From Lacibacter sp. (lineage in GTDB: Bacteria; Bacteroidota; Bacteroidia; Chitinophagales; Chitinophagaceae): DNA of 64,000 nucleotides. The stretch is taken from contig JASGIJ010000001.1 in assembly GCA_047601965.1 (NCBI GenBank), positions 3,064,360-3,128,359 on the forward strand, given 5' to 3'. The notes under the pieces are model-generated. The model was not told the DNA's origin and did not search any database. It worked only from the letters and a program-made list of their open reading frames with translations. Of this stretch, positions 28,167 through 37,333 are shown piece by piece (the first letter of the stretch is position 1; each line of letters opens with the position of its first letter). Both the position numbers and the translations under genes were made by a program.

Positions 28167-29057
28167 GTCTTCTTTTCTTTTATTAATCATATATACTCCT
28201 GCAAAAATTAATACGGCTGCCAGTATTTTATACAGTGATAATTCTTCGCCAAAGAACAATACAGATACAATTGCTGAGAAAAAAGGCTGCAGGTATATGT
28301 ACGCACCTGCTGTTGATGCACTGAGATGCTGCAAGCCATATACAGTAAATAAATAAGGAAAAAATGTTGCGCCCAGCACTACAAATGCAAGAGCTGCATA
28401 TTGTGTTACTGAAAAACTATGCCATTGAACTGCTGCAAACTGTTGCCAGCAAAACGGTGTAATCAATAACAAACCAAATGTAAACACCCAACGCAGTACA
28501 TGCACGGGGCTGTATTTTGCCATTAATGGTTTTACCAGTATATAATAAAAGGCATACGATACGGAATTGATTACAATCAGCAGATCGCCCAGCAAAATGT
28601 TGTCGCCGCTTGTTGCTTTTTTTCCTGATACAATCAGCAAGGAAGCTCCGCCAATGCTTAATACAAGCCCTGTTGTTTTAAGCCAGGTAATTGCTTCTAA
28701 CCGTAACACAAAAGCAATGAGTAAAATAAAAACAGGTGTGGCAAGAATAAGTAATGCACCGTGTATTGGTGTGCTCATGGTTAACCCTTTAATAAAAAGC
28801 AACTGGTTAATGGCAACTCCGGTTACTGCGCACAGCAGAAAGGCAGGTATATCTTTTTTATCAATTCCGGCTTTGGAAGGCTTTAATGAATAGAGTAACC
28901 ACAACAAAGCAACAGTAACACTTACACGGATAAAATTCAGCCCGAATGGTTTTACAAACGTTGGCGAAATGTATTTAACAATGCTGAAGTTAATACCAAA
29001 CAGCAGGTTTGTTGTAAAAACTGCCCAATGCGCTCTTTTAATCTGACTTGATGACAA
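28134..29057 (-). CDS. EamA/DMT family transporter
   Basis: 307 aa with ten predicted TM helices in two EamA-like halves. Confidence 0.85.
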   Translation of the reverse strand: MSSSQIKRAHWAVFTTNLLFGINFSIVKYISPTFVKPFGLNFIRVSVTVALLWLLYSLKPSKAGIDKKDIPAFLLCAVTGVAINQLLFIKGLTMSTPIHGALLILATPVFILLIAFVLRLEAITWLKTTGLVLSIGGASLLIVSGKKATSGDNILLGDLLIVINSVSYAFYYILVKPLMAKYSPVHVLRWVFTFGLLLITPFCWQQFAAVQWHSFSVTQYAALAFVVLGATFFPYLFTVYGLQHLSASTAGAYIYLQPFFSAIVSVLFFGEELSLYKILAAVLIFAGVYMINKRKEDLPGKPKPLFE

Positions 29058-29093
29058 CCTTAAAGAATTGATTGCAAAAATATTGTTTTACAA

Positions 29094-30203
29094 TTATCCG
29101 GCATTGTTTGCCTTCTCTGTCTTATCAACAACTGCTTTAAATATTTCAAACTCATTTTCATCAAAAGAAAAAGCCGGAGTAAATTTCTCCAGTTTCTCTA
29201 AAGCAGTTTTAAGATTAAAATTCTTTTGTAATTCATAAGGAAAGAGTTGCTGCTGCTGCATGTATGCAGCAAGATATTCCTGTTCAGGCTGACCTGGTGT
29301 GGGAATAAGAAGGGCTTTCTTTTTCATCTTCACCAAATCCATTAATGTAGTATATCCACTTCTGCAAATAATTTGCCGGGATGATGCAATTGCTGCCTGC
29401 AAAAGATGTGCAGGTAAATGATTGGCAACCGTTACATTTTCTTTCACCGGCAAAACTGCTTGACCATCTGCTGGTAAACCACGTACAAGCAAAACTGATC
29501 CGTGATACTCATTAAGCTGCTCCATCATTTTTTGTTCAAGAACCGAACGTTGAGGTTCCGGGCCGGAAAGCAGGATCAACAGATCATTTTTTTCCGTTGT
29601 TTCGCTTATACGTTCAAACCTTGACAACAAACCAATGTATGCAGGTTGTACAAAGTGTACCTGCGGATGTGACAAATCGCCTGCAAGATTTTGTTTCCCC
29701 TGCATATCAGGAACCCATACTTCATTAAAATGTTTCATGTAATGCGCATGAATGTTCTGCAGCAACCTGTCAATGAACCTTCCCTTACCCGATTTAATAA
29801 GCAACTGATGTGTGATATAAACAGAACGAACAGTTTGATTATAAAAGCCGGGTCTGTTATCGCTGATGACAAAACGGAACTGCTCCTTTTTCAGCAAATC
29901 TTTTAACCATTCATGCTCTGCCCTGATTGTTTGAAAAATCCGGGGGAGCTGCTTCAGTAAGGATATTGAAAGGGGAAGTTGTTTGTTGTAACGAATACGG
30001 TAACCGGGCAGATGTTTTATTTCAATGCCGGGAAACTCTGCCGCAAGCAGTTGTGCCGAACCGGTTTCGGCAGCAATTACCACTTCAAAACCAGATTGTT
30101 GCAAAAAACGGATGATGGGAATACAGCGGGTGGTATGGCCCAGCCCCCAGTCAAGGGGCGACAGCAACACTCTGTTATTTTTTTTGCCAATCATCCTTTG
30201 CAA
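29094..30203 (-). CDS. glycosyltransferase (GT28/MurG-like, GT-B fold)
   Basis: 369 aa. Has an N-terminal LDWGLGHTTRCIPI motif and a C-terminal GYTTLMD...PTPGQPEQ nucleotide-sugar binding region. Confidence 0.8.
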   Translation of the reverse strand: MQRMIGKKNNRVLLSPLDWGLGHTTRCIPIIRFLQQSGFEVVIAAETGSAQLLAAEFPGIEIKHLPGYRIRYNKQLPLSISLLKQLPRIFQTIRAEHEWLKDLLKKEQFRFVISDNRPGFYNQTVRSVYITHQLLIKSGKGRFIDRLLQNIHAHYMKHFNEVWVPDMQGKQNLAGDLSHPQVHFVQPAYIGLLSRFERISETTEKNDLLILLSGPEPQRSVLEQKMMEQLNEYHGSVLLVRGLPADGQAVLPVKENVTVANHLPAHLLQAAIASSRQIICRSGYTTLMDLVKMKKKALLIPTPGQPEQEYLAAYMQQQQLFPYELQKNFNLKTALEKLEKFTPAFSFDENEFEIFKAVVDKTEKANNAG

Positions 30204-30261
30204 ACAATAATTTATGACGGAAAGTAGTTATTTTGTTACTCTTGTTTAAAACAAATATCCC

Positions 30262-30429
30262 ATGAGCCTGAAAAAAATTAAGAATTCACCGATGCAGCGT
30301 TACAGCAGGTTTGTTTTTCTTTTATTAATCATCACCACTGTTTTTTTATCAGGATGCAGCAATTCAAAGCTGTTTCATAAAAAGAATGATTGCGGGTGCC
30401 CCAATAAAAAAGGAATGGTAGGTTACTGA
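30262..30429 (+). CDS. small predicted lipoprotein (55 aa), below the ORF-track cutoff
   Basis: My own translation: MSLKKIKNSPMQRYSRFVFLLLIITTVFLSGCSNSKLFHKKNDCGCPNKKGMVGY*. The lipobox LSGC follows a hydrophobic segment, and the stop is 12 nt before the next ATG. Confidence 0.45.
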   Translation: MSLKKIKNSPMQRYSRFVFLLLIITTVFLSGCSNSKLFHKKNDCGCPNKKGMVGY

Positions 30430-30441
30430 AAAAAAGAAAAC

Positions 30442-30693
30442 ATGAAACACAACCAACGCAGGGAACTCTTTGTTGTATCGGCAGGCAAAGATCATTTCAG
30501 ACCGGATGTGGAAGAAGAATTAAAATGGCTGCATGATTTGCTGAACTCGGTTGAAAATGACGATCAGCTTTGTACTGCACATGAAGTAATTGACCTGAAC
30601 AGTTACAACATTATTTCCCATCCCGAAAGGATTAAAAAATTCTTACACAAAAAAGAGACAGATCCATTTATTTTTTTAAGCAATAAAAACTAA
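30442..30693 (+). CDS. hypothetical protein (83 aa)
   Basis: ATG-initiated ORF directly after the small lipoprotein ORF and followed by a terminator. No motif recognised. Confidence 0.5.
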   Translation: MKHNQRRELFVVSAGKDHFRPDVEEELKWLHDLLNSVENDDQLCTAHEVIDLNSYNIISHPERIKKFLHKKETDPFIFLSNKN

Positions 30694-30699
30694 TCATAA

Positions 30700-30729
30700 A
30701 AAAAGAGCGGAAATGAACCGCTCTTTTTT
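30700..30729. terminator. bidirectional terminator between convergent genes
   Basis: aaaaagagcgg-aaatgaa-ccgctcttttt. Confidence 0.7.
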
Positions 30730-30730
30730 A

Positions 30731-31813
30731 TTACAAAAATTTATCCCCGGAGTTTCGTTTTACTTCTGCCACATAATCCTTCACCTGCTGTTCCTTTTCT
30801 TTTTTGCAGATGAGCAACGCATCTTTTGTGTCAACTATAATAAAATCATCCAGCCCCTGTAACAAAATCAGTTTTTTATCATCGGCATGAACAATGTTTT
30901 TTGTAGCATCAATAATGATTACATTTTTACCGGCAACTGCATTTCCAAAATAATCCTTTTCCATGTTTTCATACGCACTGTTCCATGTACCAAGATCACT
31001 CCAGCCAAAGGAAGAAGGAATGACATACACATTATCGGCTTTTTCCATAATGCCGTAGTCAATTGAAATGTTGGTGCATTGCGGATAAATGCGTTCCACA
31101 GCTTCCTGTTCGTGGTTTGTATTAAACCACTCTTTTTCGGCTACAAACAGTTCGCACATTTCCGGCAGAAACTTTTCAAATGCAGTTACAATGTTTTTAA
31201 TCTTCCACATAAAAATACCCGCATTCCATAAAAAGTCGCCGCTTGCAAGAAAGGTTTTCGCCAGTTCATGATTTGGTTTTTCGGTAAAGGTCTTCACCTT
31301 GTACACATTATCTGCAACAGGTAATGCTTCGTGCTGAATATATCCATAACCGGTGTTGGCATAAGTAGGTTTAATACCAAGTGTTACCAGCGAATTAATA
31401 TTCTCCACAAACTGAAACGCATCCAGGCAAACTTTTGTAAAAGCAGGAGCATCAAGAATGAGGTGATCGGCAGGTGCACAAATCAGCAAACCATTTTCAT
31501 TTACCTGCTGCAGTTTATAAGCAATGTATGCAATACAGGGAGCTGTGTTTTTGCGTGATGGTTCGCATAAAATATTTTCAGCAGGCAGATCGGGTAATTG
31601 CTGCTTTACAATTTCTTCATACTCGGCCGATGTAACAACATAAATATTTTCATTAGGGATGAACTGCAGGTACCGGTCGTAGGTTGACTGTATCAATGTT
31701 CTGCCTGTATGTAAAATATCTAAAAACTGTTTGGGATAACTTGTGCGGCTTTTGGGCCAGAAACGGCTTCCGATTCCCCCGGCCATAATGGCCACATAAT
31801 GATTTTTGTTCAT
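30731..31813 (-). CDS. mannose-1-phosphate guanylyltransferase-like nucleotidyltransferase
   Basis: From the ATG at 31813: MNKNHYVAIMAGGIGSRFWPKSR... (GGxGxRxWP). About 360 aa. The longer tracked ORF start (31861) is unlikely. Confidence 0.88.
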   Translation of the reverse strand: MNKNHYVAIMAGGIGSRFWPKSRTSYPKQFLDILHTGRTLIQSTYDRYLQFIPNENIYVVTSAEYEEIVKQQLPDLPAENILCEPSRKNTAPCIAYIAYKLQQVNENGLLICAPADHLILDAPAFTKVCLDAFQFVENINSLVTLGIKPTYANTGYGYIQHEALPVADNVYKVKTFTEKPNHELAKTFLASGDFLWNAGIFMWKIKNIVTAFEKFLPEMCELFVAEKEWFNTNHEQEAVERIYPQCTNISIDYGIMEKADNVYVIPSSFGWSDLGTWNSAYENMEKDYFGNAVAGKNVIIIDATKNIVHADDKKLILLQGLDDFIIVDTKDALLICKKEKEQQVKDYVAEVKRNSGDKFL

Positions 31814-31884
31814 GATATAAGTGAGTGGTGAATGGTGAATGGTGAACTGCTGCTGAAGCATTTCTGACCATTTCCGGTCACTGT

Positions 31885-32859
31885 CTAAATCAATCCTTCT
31901 TTAATTAAATCGTGCAAATGTATAACACCCATGTATTGTTTGTTATTTACCACCAATAATTGTGTGATATTATTTTTCCGCATCAGTTCCATTGCATCAA
32001 TTGCCAATGCTTCGTCTTCAATTGTTTTCGGATTGATGGTCATAATTTCTGCGGCTGTAATTGTATCCACCGCACTGTTTTTTTCCAGCATACGCCGGAG
32101 ATCGCCATCGGTGATCACTCCCAGCAACTCATTTGTTTCATTTACCACTGCTGTTGCACCTAAACGTTTCTTTGAAATCTCCACAATCACATCTTTCAGT
32201 AATGCTTCGGGAAATACTTTTGGCTGTTCATTGTTTACATAAAAATCAGCCACCCGCAGGTACAGTTTTTTGCCCAATGCCCCGCCGGGGTGAAACTTGG
32301 CAAAATCACTGCTTTTGAATCCACGCATCTCCATCAGGGCTACGGCTAACGCATCGCCCATCACCATCTGCGCTGTTGTACTGCTGGTTGGAGCAAGGTT
32401 GTTGGGACAGGCCTCCTGGCTTACGGTTGAATTAATAATGTAATCGCTTTGCCTGGCGAGATAGGATTCTGTATTGCCCACTAAACCAATGATGGGGTTG
32501 CCAAAACCTCTTACCAGCTGCACCAGCACTTTTATTTCGGGGCTTTCGCCGCTTTTGCTGATGATGATGACCACATCGTGACTGAGAATCATTCCCAGGT
32601 CGCCATGAATGGCATCCGCTGCATGCAGAAATACAGCCGGAGTTCCGGTTGAGTTGAGCGTAGCTACTATTTTCTGGGCAATCACAGCACTTTTGCCGAT
32701 TCCGCTTACAATTACACGTCCTTTTGCACCCAGGATAACGGAGCATATTCCGCTGAAATCTTCTGTAAGAAGCGCCCCGAGACTTTCAATAGCCCCTGCT
32801 TCCAGAGCAATCGTGCGGCGGGCTACCTCCAACGGGTTTATATTGTTTGATTGATTCAT
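31885..32859 (-). CDS. KpsF/GutQ family arabinose-5-phosphate isomerase (SIS domain plus CBS pair)
   Basis: 324 aa with the SIS motif GIGKSAVIAQKI and a C-terminal CBS pair (..LGVITDGDLRR.., ..MGVIHLHDL..). Confidence 0.9.
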   Translation of the reverse strand: MNQSNNINPLEVARRTIALEAGAIESLGALLTEDFSGICSVILGAKGRVIVSGIGKSAVIAQKIVATLNSTGTPAVFLHAADAIHGDLGMILSHDVVIIISKSGESPEIKVLVQLVRGFGNPIIGLVGNTESYLARQSDYIINSTVSQEACPNNLAPTSSTTAQMVMGDALAVALMEMRGFKSSDFAKFHPGGALGKKLYLRVADFYVNNEQPKVFPEALLKDVIVEISKKRLGATAVVNETNELLGVITDGDLRRMLEKNSAVDTITAAEIMTINPKTIEDEALAIDAMELMRKNNITQLLVVNNKQYMGVIHLHDLIKEGLI

Positions 32860-33126
32860 AATGGCGGGGCAAACCTACTCTAAATAAGCAAAACGGAAAA
32901 GTACCTGCCTGTGCAAATTTTTTAATTTCGGGTACAGGAATTTGAGCTATCTTATGCTGATGTTCATTTTTAGCAGGTTTTTGACGATTGGAAAAGGGGC
33001 AGATACACTAATTTAAGTAACTTCGCTCCCCTTGTTTTTCCAGCACCACAAGAGTGCTTACAATAACCAACTGCTTGCTATAACATATCCAGTTTGTATT
33101 AACCAAAGAGCGTGGGAACAAAAGTG

Positions 33127-35433
33127 ATGAGTACAGTTAAGAAAAAACCGGCTGCTAAAACTACCAGTAAAGAGAAGAAAGAAACAGCCGCCAAAACAAC
33201 CAAAAAGCAGAGCAGCCAGGCTGCATCCAAAACATTTCATGGCATTGACCTTTATGCTGCCTTACATGAACATTTTGGTTTTGATGGATTTAAAGGCACA
33301 CAGGAGGAGGTCATTCACAACGTGCTAAACGGTAAAGACACTTTTGTGATCATGCCAACAGGTGGTGGTAAAAGCCTCTGTTACCAGTTGCCTGCAATGG
33401 TAAGTGAAGGTGTGGCCATTGTTGTCAGTCCGCTGATTGCATTAATGAAAAACCAGGTAGATCTTGTACGCAGTTACAGCAGTAAAGACGATGTGGCACA
33501 TTTCCTCAATTCAACCCTCAATAAAAAAGAAATCAAAGAAGTACATGATGATCTGCTTACAGGCCGTACAAAGATGTTGTACGTGGCACCTGAAACATTA
33601 ACCAAGCAGGAAAATCTTGAATTCTTCAGCGATCTGAACATTTCATTTTTTGCAGTGGATGAAGCGCATTGCATCAGCGAATGGGGACATGATTTCCGTC
33701 CGGAGTACAGGCGTTTGAAGGAAATGATGGACCAGATCAACCCCAACATTCCCATTATTGCATTAACAGCTACAGCCACACCCAAAGTTCAAAGTGATAT
33801 TGTAAAGAATCTTGGTTTACGCAACCCTGATATTTTTATTTCTTCGTTTAACAGGGGCAACCTGTATTACGAAATTCAGCCCAAGATCAAAAAGGATCAA
33901 ACGGTTAAGAGTATTGTGAAATTTATTTCGCAGAATAAAGGAAAAAGCGGCATTATTTATACCCTCAACCGTAAAACCACCGAAGAGCTGGCCGATATGC
34001 TGATGGCGAATGGTATTAAAGCGGTTGCCTACCATGCCGGACTTGATGCCAAATTAAGGGCAAACCGGCAGGACCAGTTTCTGAATGAAGATGTACAGGT
34101 AATTGTTGCCACCATTGCCTTTGGAATGGGTATTGACAAGCCCGATATCCGGTTTGTGATTCACTTCAACATACCCAAGAGTATTGAGAACTATTACCAG
34201 GAAACCGGTCGTGCTGGAAGAGATGGCATGGAAGGGAAATGTATCCTGTATTACTCGCATAAAGATGTAAGCAAACTTGAACACCTGATGCGTGATAAGC
34301 CTCTCAGTGAACGGGAGGTTACTGCACAAATGATCCAGGAAACAGTTGCTTTTGCAGAAAGCTCGGTTTGCCGCCGCAAAATCCTGCTGCATTATTTTGG
34401 CGAAGAGTATGGAGAAGAAAACTGCTGCAACTGCGACAACTGTCTCCACCCGAAAGAAAAAATTGAAGCAAAAGCAGAAGCCATCATTGCACTGAAAGTG
34501 ATTAAAGCACTGGATGAACGTTTTGCTGCTGAATATGTGATCCCGGTTATTGTTGGCCGACTTACTCCGCAAATACAGATGTACCGCCACGATCAACTGG
34601 CAGATTTCGGAAGCGGAAAGGAAAAGGACCTTCATTTCTGGAATTCGCTCATAAGGCAAATGTTGCTTGGAGGGTTAATCAAGAAAGATATTGAGGAATA
34701 TGGTTTGCTGAAGATGACCAGGGATGGGGAAGCTTTTCTGAAAAAACCAAAGTCGTTCAAGATTGTACTCAACAACCTGTACGAAGAAGCCAATGCGGAT
34801 GATGACGAAGGCAACGATGCAGGGAATGCAGGCGCTGCCACCGACGATAAACTCTTTGAGATGCTCAAAGAACTCCGCCAGAAAGAAGCGAAGAAAAAAG
34901 CATTGCCGCCATTTGTGATCTTCCTTGAAAACTCATTGCAGGATATGGCCACACTTTATCCCACCACACTGGAAGAACTGGAAAAATGCCAGGGTGTGAG
35001 CAAGGGAAAGGCTATCCGTTATGGCAAACCGTTTGTAGAACTCATTGCCAAATATGCAGAAGACAACGATATTGAAAAGCCCGATGAGTTTGTGATGAAA
35101 AGCGTGGTGAACAAGAGCGGTAATAAAGTATTTCTGATCCAGAATATTGATAAACGCATCCCTCTTGAAACCATTGCCAAAAACAAGGGCTGGCGGATGG
35201 ATGAAATGCTGGAAGAAATGGAAACCATTGCTGCCAGCGGCACTAAGCTGCGGCTTGATTATGCCATTGATGAATGGTTAGACGAATATGAGCAGGAAGA
35301 AATTATTGATTATTTCAAAGGATGCAGCACCAGCGATTTAAACGTTGCGCAGCAGGAGCTGGAAGACGGGGCATACAGCTGGGAACAATTAAAAATTATG
35401 CGTATTAAGTTTCTGAGTGAGTTCGGGATGTAA
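33127..35433 (+). CDS. recQ: ATP-dependent DNA helicase RecQ with Lys-rich N-terminal extension
   Basis: Contains helicase motifs [32 protein letters not shown] and [12 protein letters not shown], a zinc-binding CRRK..C..CDNC, and a C-terminal HRDC-like region. An alternative GTG start lies at 33112. Confidence 0.93.
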   Translation: MSTVKKKPAAKTTSKEKKETAAKTTKKQSSQAASKTFHGIDLYAALHEHFGFDGFKGTQEEVIHNVLNGKDTFVIMPTGGGKSLCYQLPAMVSEGVAIVVSPLIALMKNQVDLVRSYSSKDDVAHFLNSTLNKKEIKEVHDDLLTGRTKMLYVAPETLTKQENLEFFSDLNISFFAVDEAHCISEWGHDFRPEYRRLKEMMDQINPNIPIIALTATATPKVQSDIVKNLGLRNPDIFISSFNRGNLYYEIQPKIKKDQTVKSIVKFISQNKGKSGIIYTLNRKTTEELADMLMANGIKAVAYHAGLDAKLRANRQDQFLNEDVQVIVATIAFGMGIDKPDIRFVIHFNIPKSIENYYQETGRAGRDGMEGKCILYYSHKDVSKLEHLMRDKPLSEREVTAQMIQETVAFAESSVCRRKILLHYFGEEYGEENCCNCDNCLHPKEKIEAKAEAIIALKVIKALDERFAAEYVIPVIVGRLTPQIQMYRHDQLADFGSGKEKDLHFWNSLIRQMLLGGLIKKDIEEYGLLKMTRDGEAFLKKPKSFKIVLNNLYEEANADDDEGNDAGNAGAATDDKLFEMLKELRQKEAKKKALPPFVIFLENSLQDMATLYPTTLEELEKCQGVSKGKAIRYGKPFVELIAKYAEDNDIEKPDEFVMKSVVNKSGNKVFLIQNIDKRIPLETIAKNKGWRMDEMLEEMETIAASGTKLRLDYAIDEWLDEYEQEEIIDYFKGCSTSDLNVAQQELEDGAYSWEQLKIMRIKFLSEFGM

Positions 35434-35519
35434 GGAGAGGAACAGAGATGGAAAGGATTCAGCTGGTTTTCGCTGATAAAATATTTGGTTTAAGATTTCA
35501 GTATTAAAGCCCTTTCCTC

Positions 35520-35527
35520 TATATTTG
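35520..35527 (+). promoter_or_regulatory. candidate -7 box (TATATTTG) upstream of tRNA-Phe
   Basis: Exact TAnnTTTG match 60 nt upstream of the tRNA 5' end. Confidence 0.35.
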
Positions 35528-35587
35528 CAACCCCGAAGCACAAAAGGAGGATAGGCTTCCACTTACCAAATAGCGTGTTTCAGGAAT

Positions 35588-35660
35588 GGTGCGGTAGCTC
35601 AGTTGGTAGAGCAAAGGACTGAAAATCCTTGTGTCGGCGGTTCGATCCCGCCCCACACCA
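35588..35660 (+). tRNA. tRNA-Phe (anticodon GAA)
   Basis: Hand-folded cloverleaf: acceptor ggtgcgg/ccacacc (one C-A mismatch), D arm gctc-agttggta-gagc, anticodon arm aagga-ctGAAaa-tcctt, variable loop gtgtc, T arm ggcgg-ttcgatc-ccgcc, discriminator A. CCA is not encoded. Confidence 0.92.
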
Positions 35661-35662
35661 CG

Positions 35663-35693
35663 AAAAAAGCGATCATCACTGATCGCTTTTTTT
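35663..35693 (+). terminator. rho-independent terminator after tRNA-Phe
   Basis: aaaaaagcgatca-tcac-tgatcgcttttttt. Confidence 0.7.
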
Positions 35694-35772
35694 ATTACTG
35701 CCGTTCCGTTCAAAGCCTGATTGCAGAACGATGAAGAGATTGTTATAACTTGAATGCTCAACCCAACAACTC

Positions 35773-36087
35773 ATGATTGCAGAACCTGGTTTCCCCCGTA
35801 TAAAATTCCCTGTTGCACCAGAACCTCCTGAGGAGGATGAAAGAGAGGAACTCCCCAACCGTACACTGCATTCGCTGTATGTAAAAGGTGAAAACAGGTA
35901 TGTGATTGACTGCATTTCACTCTCGTGCAAAACAATTCTGCAGTTTTCGAATGCGGAGCTGGGCGATGTGTTTTTTGAGCGCAAATCAGAACTCTTTATC
36001 CGCTCCACAAAACCGGTGGAAGATGATTATATGAAATTTTTAAAGAGAGCTGTTCAACAGTGGAAAAATCAATTCGCTCATTTGTAA
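35773..36087 (+). CDS. hypothetical protein (104 aa) in the tRNA-Phe islet
   Basis: ATG ORF with an acidic/proline-rich N-terminus (PEPPEEDEREE). No motif recognised, and coding status is uncertain. Confidence 0.4.
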   Translation: MIAEPGFPRIKFPVAPEPPEEDEREELPNRTLHSLYVKGENRYVIDCISLSCKTILQFSNAELGDVFFERKSELFIRSTKPVEDDYMKFLKRAVQQWKNQFAHL

Positions 36088-36224
36088 CAACCCTTTTTTT
36101 CTCCGCAGCTATGCTTCTCTCTACGTTCTTTGCTTTTACGTAATTTATTTTCCGGTTTACGGCCTTTGTTACCAGAACCCGTTATAAAGAAAAACGAGGT
36201 GTGATGGTTTTCCAGGCTTTGTAG

Positions 36225-36477
36225 TTGACAATAAGTGCAATGCACATTGCAGTTATTTTACTACACGTTGCAGTCTTTTGAATGCACTTTGCAGTTTTTT
36301 CAATGTTTGTTGCAGTTTTTTGAATGTACGTTGCAGTTATTTTAATGTTTGTTGCAGTTTTTTCATTGCATGTTGCAGTTATTTCAATGTACATGCCGAT
36401 TTATTTGCTGTATTTGGCAGTTTTTGGGCTTTTGTGGGTTAAAATGTAGCTTTTATGGGCTTTTTTTCAGTTTTTAA
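36225..36477. repeat. phased 21-bp direct repeat array (iteron-like), about 8 good plus about 4 decaying units
   Basis: The TTGCAG core sits at 36247, 36268, 36289, 36310, 36331, 36352 and 36373, exactly 21 bp apart. Each core is followed by a T tract and AATG. The consensus is roughly TTGCAGTTWTTTNAATGYAYN. Degenerate units continue to about 36477. Confidence 0.85.
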
Positions 36478-36659
36478 GGGCTGGGTGCGTGATTTTTGAT
36501 CGGGGCAGGGGGCAGGTTTGGGAGATATTTCGGATTTGAACCTACTACTCCGGCTTGCTTTAAAAGTTACCCGATGCCGCCGGGACTGATTTAAATGGAA
36601 TCAAGTGATCCGGAAAATGCAGGGGGGCATTTGCAGCAGTGGGGCGAAACTTTTATTAC

Positions 36660-36913
36660 GGTTCGTGGAACACCACAACTGTTCGGAAGATTTGCAATTA
36701 TTATAATAATCCTGAAGGGGGAATATAATTATAAAGAATGCTACAAAACTAAATAACCCCGAAAGGGTAATATTGAGAATTTTATATCATCCCTTCGGGA
36801 TTTCCGGGCTATTACTACTGATTATTCTATAATAATACCAGCCTTTCAGGCTTATATTACAGAATCCTTTACTGTTCTTAAACGTTCCGAACAGTTGTGG
36901 TGGAACACGAACC
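36660..36913. mobile_element. 254-bp imperfect palindrome with 29-nt terminal inverted arms (MITE/REPIN-like)
   Basis: The left arm ggttcgtggaacaccacaactgttcggaa (36660-36688) pairs with the right arm ttccgaacagttgtggtggaacacgaacc (36885-36913) at 26 of 29 positions. The AT-rich interior carries mirrored GC mini-hairpins at 36711-36720, 36757-36767, 36791-36799 and 36841-36851. Confidence 0.75.
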
Positions 36914-36967
36914 AAGGCATTTGGGAATTTAGTCAACAGCGAAACAATAACTGAAGGGGAGGCAATT

Positions 36968-37306
36968 TTAAATGCCCTCCTTTACTTTATACTCTTTAAG
37001 AAGCACAAGCTTAACAGGAATGAAGGCCATAACTTTTGAAGGAGTATGGCTGTTATGATCCCTGTCTTTTGTTGCATTAATCTGAATAGATTTTTCTGAA
37101 GTGAAGATGCCTGTCCTGAGATCAAAGTCGTCGGCTTCCAGTTCTTCAATTGCGTTCCAGATTTCATTTTTCAGGTGGCGGCCCCTATATAGTCCAAGAA
37201 TGCCGGGTCTATAAATATAGTAAGTCTGGCGCAGGAATGAGGCGTAGCAAAGTGTATTGGCTTCCTGTGCCTGAATATAGGGCTGCTTAAATCTATACTC
37301 CTTCAT
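36968..37306 (-). CDS. hypothetical protein (112 aa), divergent from the Y1 transposase gene
   Basis: ATG ORF with balanced composition whose start is only 27 nt from the start of the divergent 37334 gene. No motif recognised, and coding status is uncertain. Confidence 0.4.
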   Translation of the reverse strand: MKEYRFKQPYIQAQEANTLCYASFLRQTYYIYRPGILGLYRGRHLKNEIWNAIEELEADDFDLRTGIFTSEKSIQINATKDRDHNSHTPSKVMAFIPVKLVLLKEYKVKEGI

Positions 37307-37333
37307 TAAAGGAATTTTTATATTTATGAGATT

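Noticed and set aside
35519-36008. Minus-strand ORFs 35519-35761 and 35676-36008
   Set aside because: The first overlaps the tRNA-Phe gene and its terminator. The second is antisense to the 104-aa ORF and is Ser-rich and low-complexity.
36182-36394. 70-aa minus-strand ORF (TATNIKITATYIQKTATNIEK...) across the 21-bp array
   Set aside because: Its heptad periodicity is a direct consequence of translating a 21-bp DNA repeat. It has no signal peptide, motif or credible start context. It is kept only as an alternative hypothesis in the finding, not as a feature.
36225-36477. Possible CRISPR array
   Set aside because: The repeat units are contiguous, with no unique spacers between them. The units are only 21 bp and T-rich, and no cas genes are in the window.
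36531-36542. tRNA T-arm-like fragment cggatttgaacc (reverse complement ggttcaaatccg), a possible att remnant
   Set aside because: The flanking bases do not complete a T stem or an acceptor stem, and the fragment does not match the 3' end of the adjacent tRNA-Phe (ggttcgatcccgcc). It is too short to distinguish from chance.
36660-36913. Retron msr/msd-like ncRNA bounded by inverted repeats
   Set aside because: No reverse transcriptase gene is nearby. The interior is mirror-symmetric (a palindrome) rather than the asymmetric msr/msd layout.
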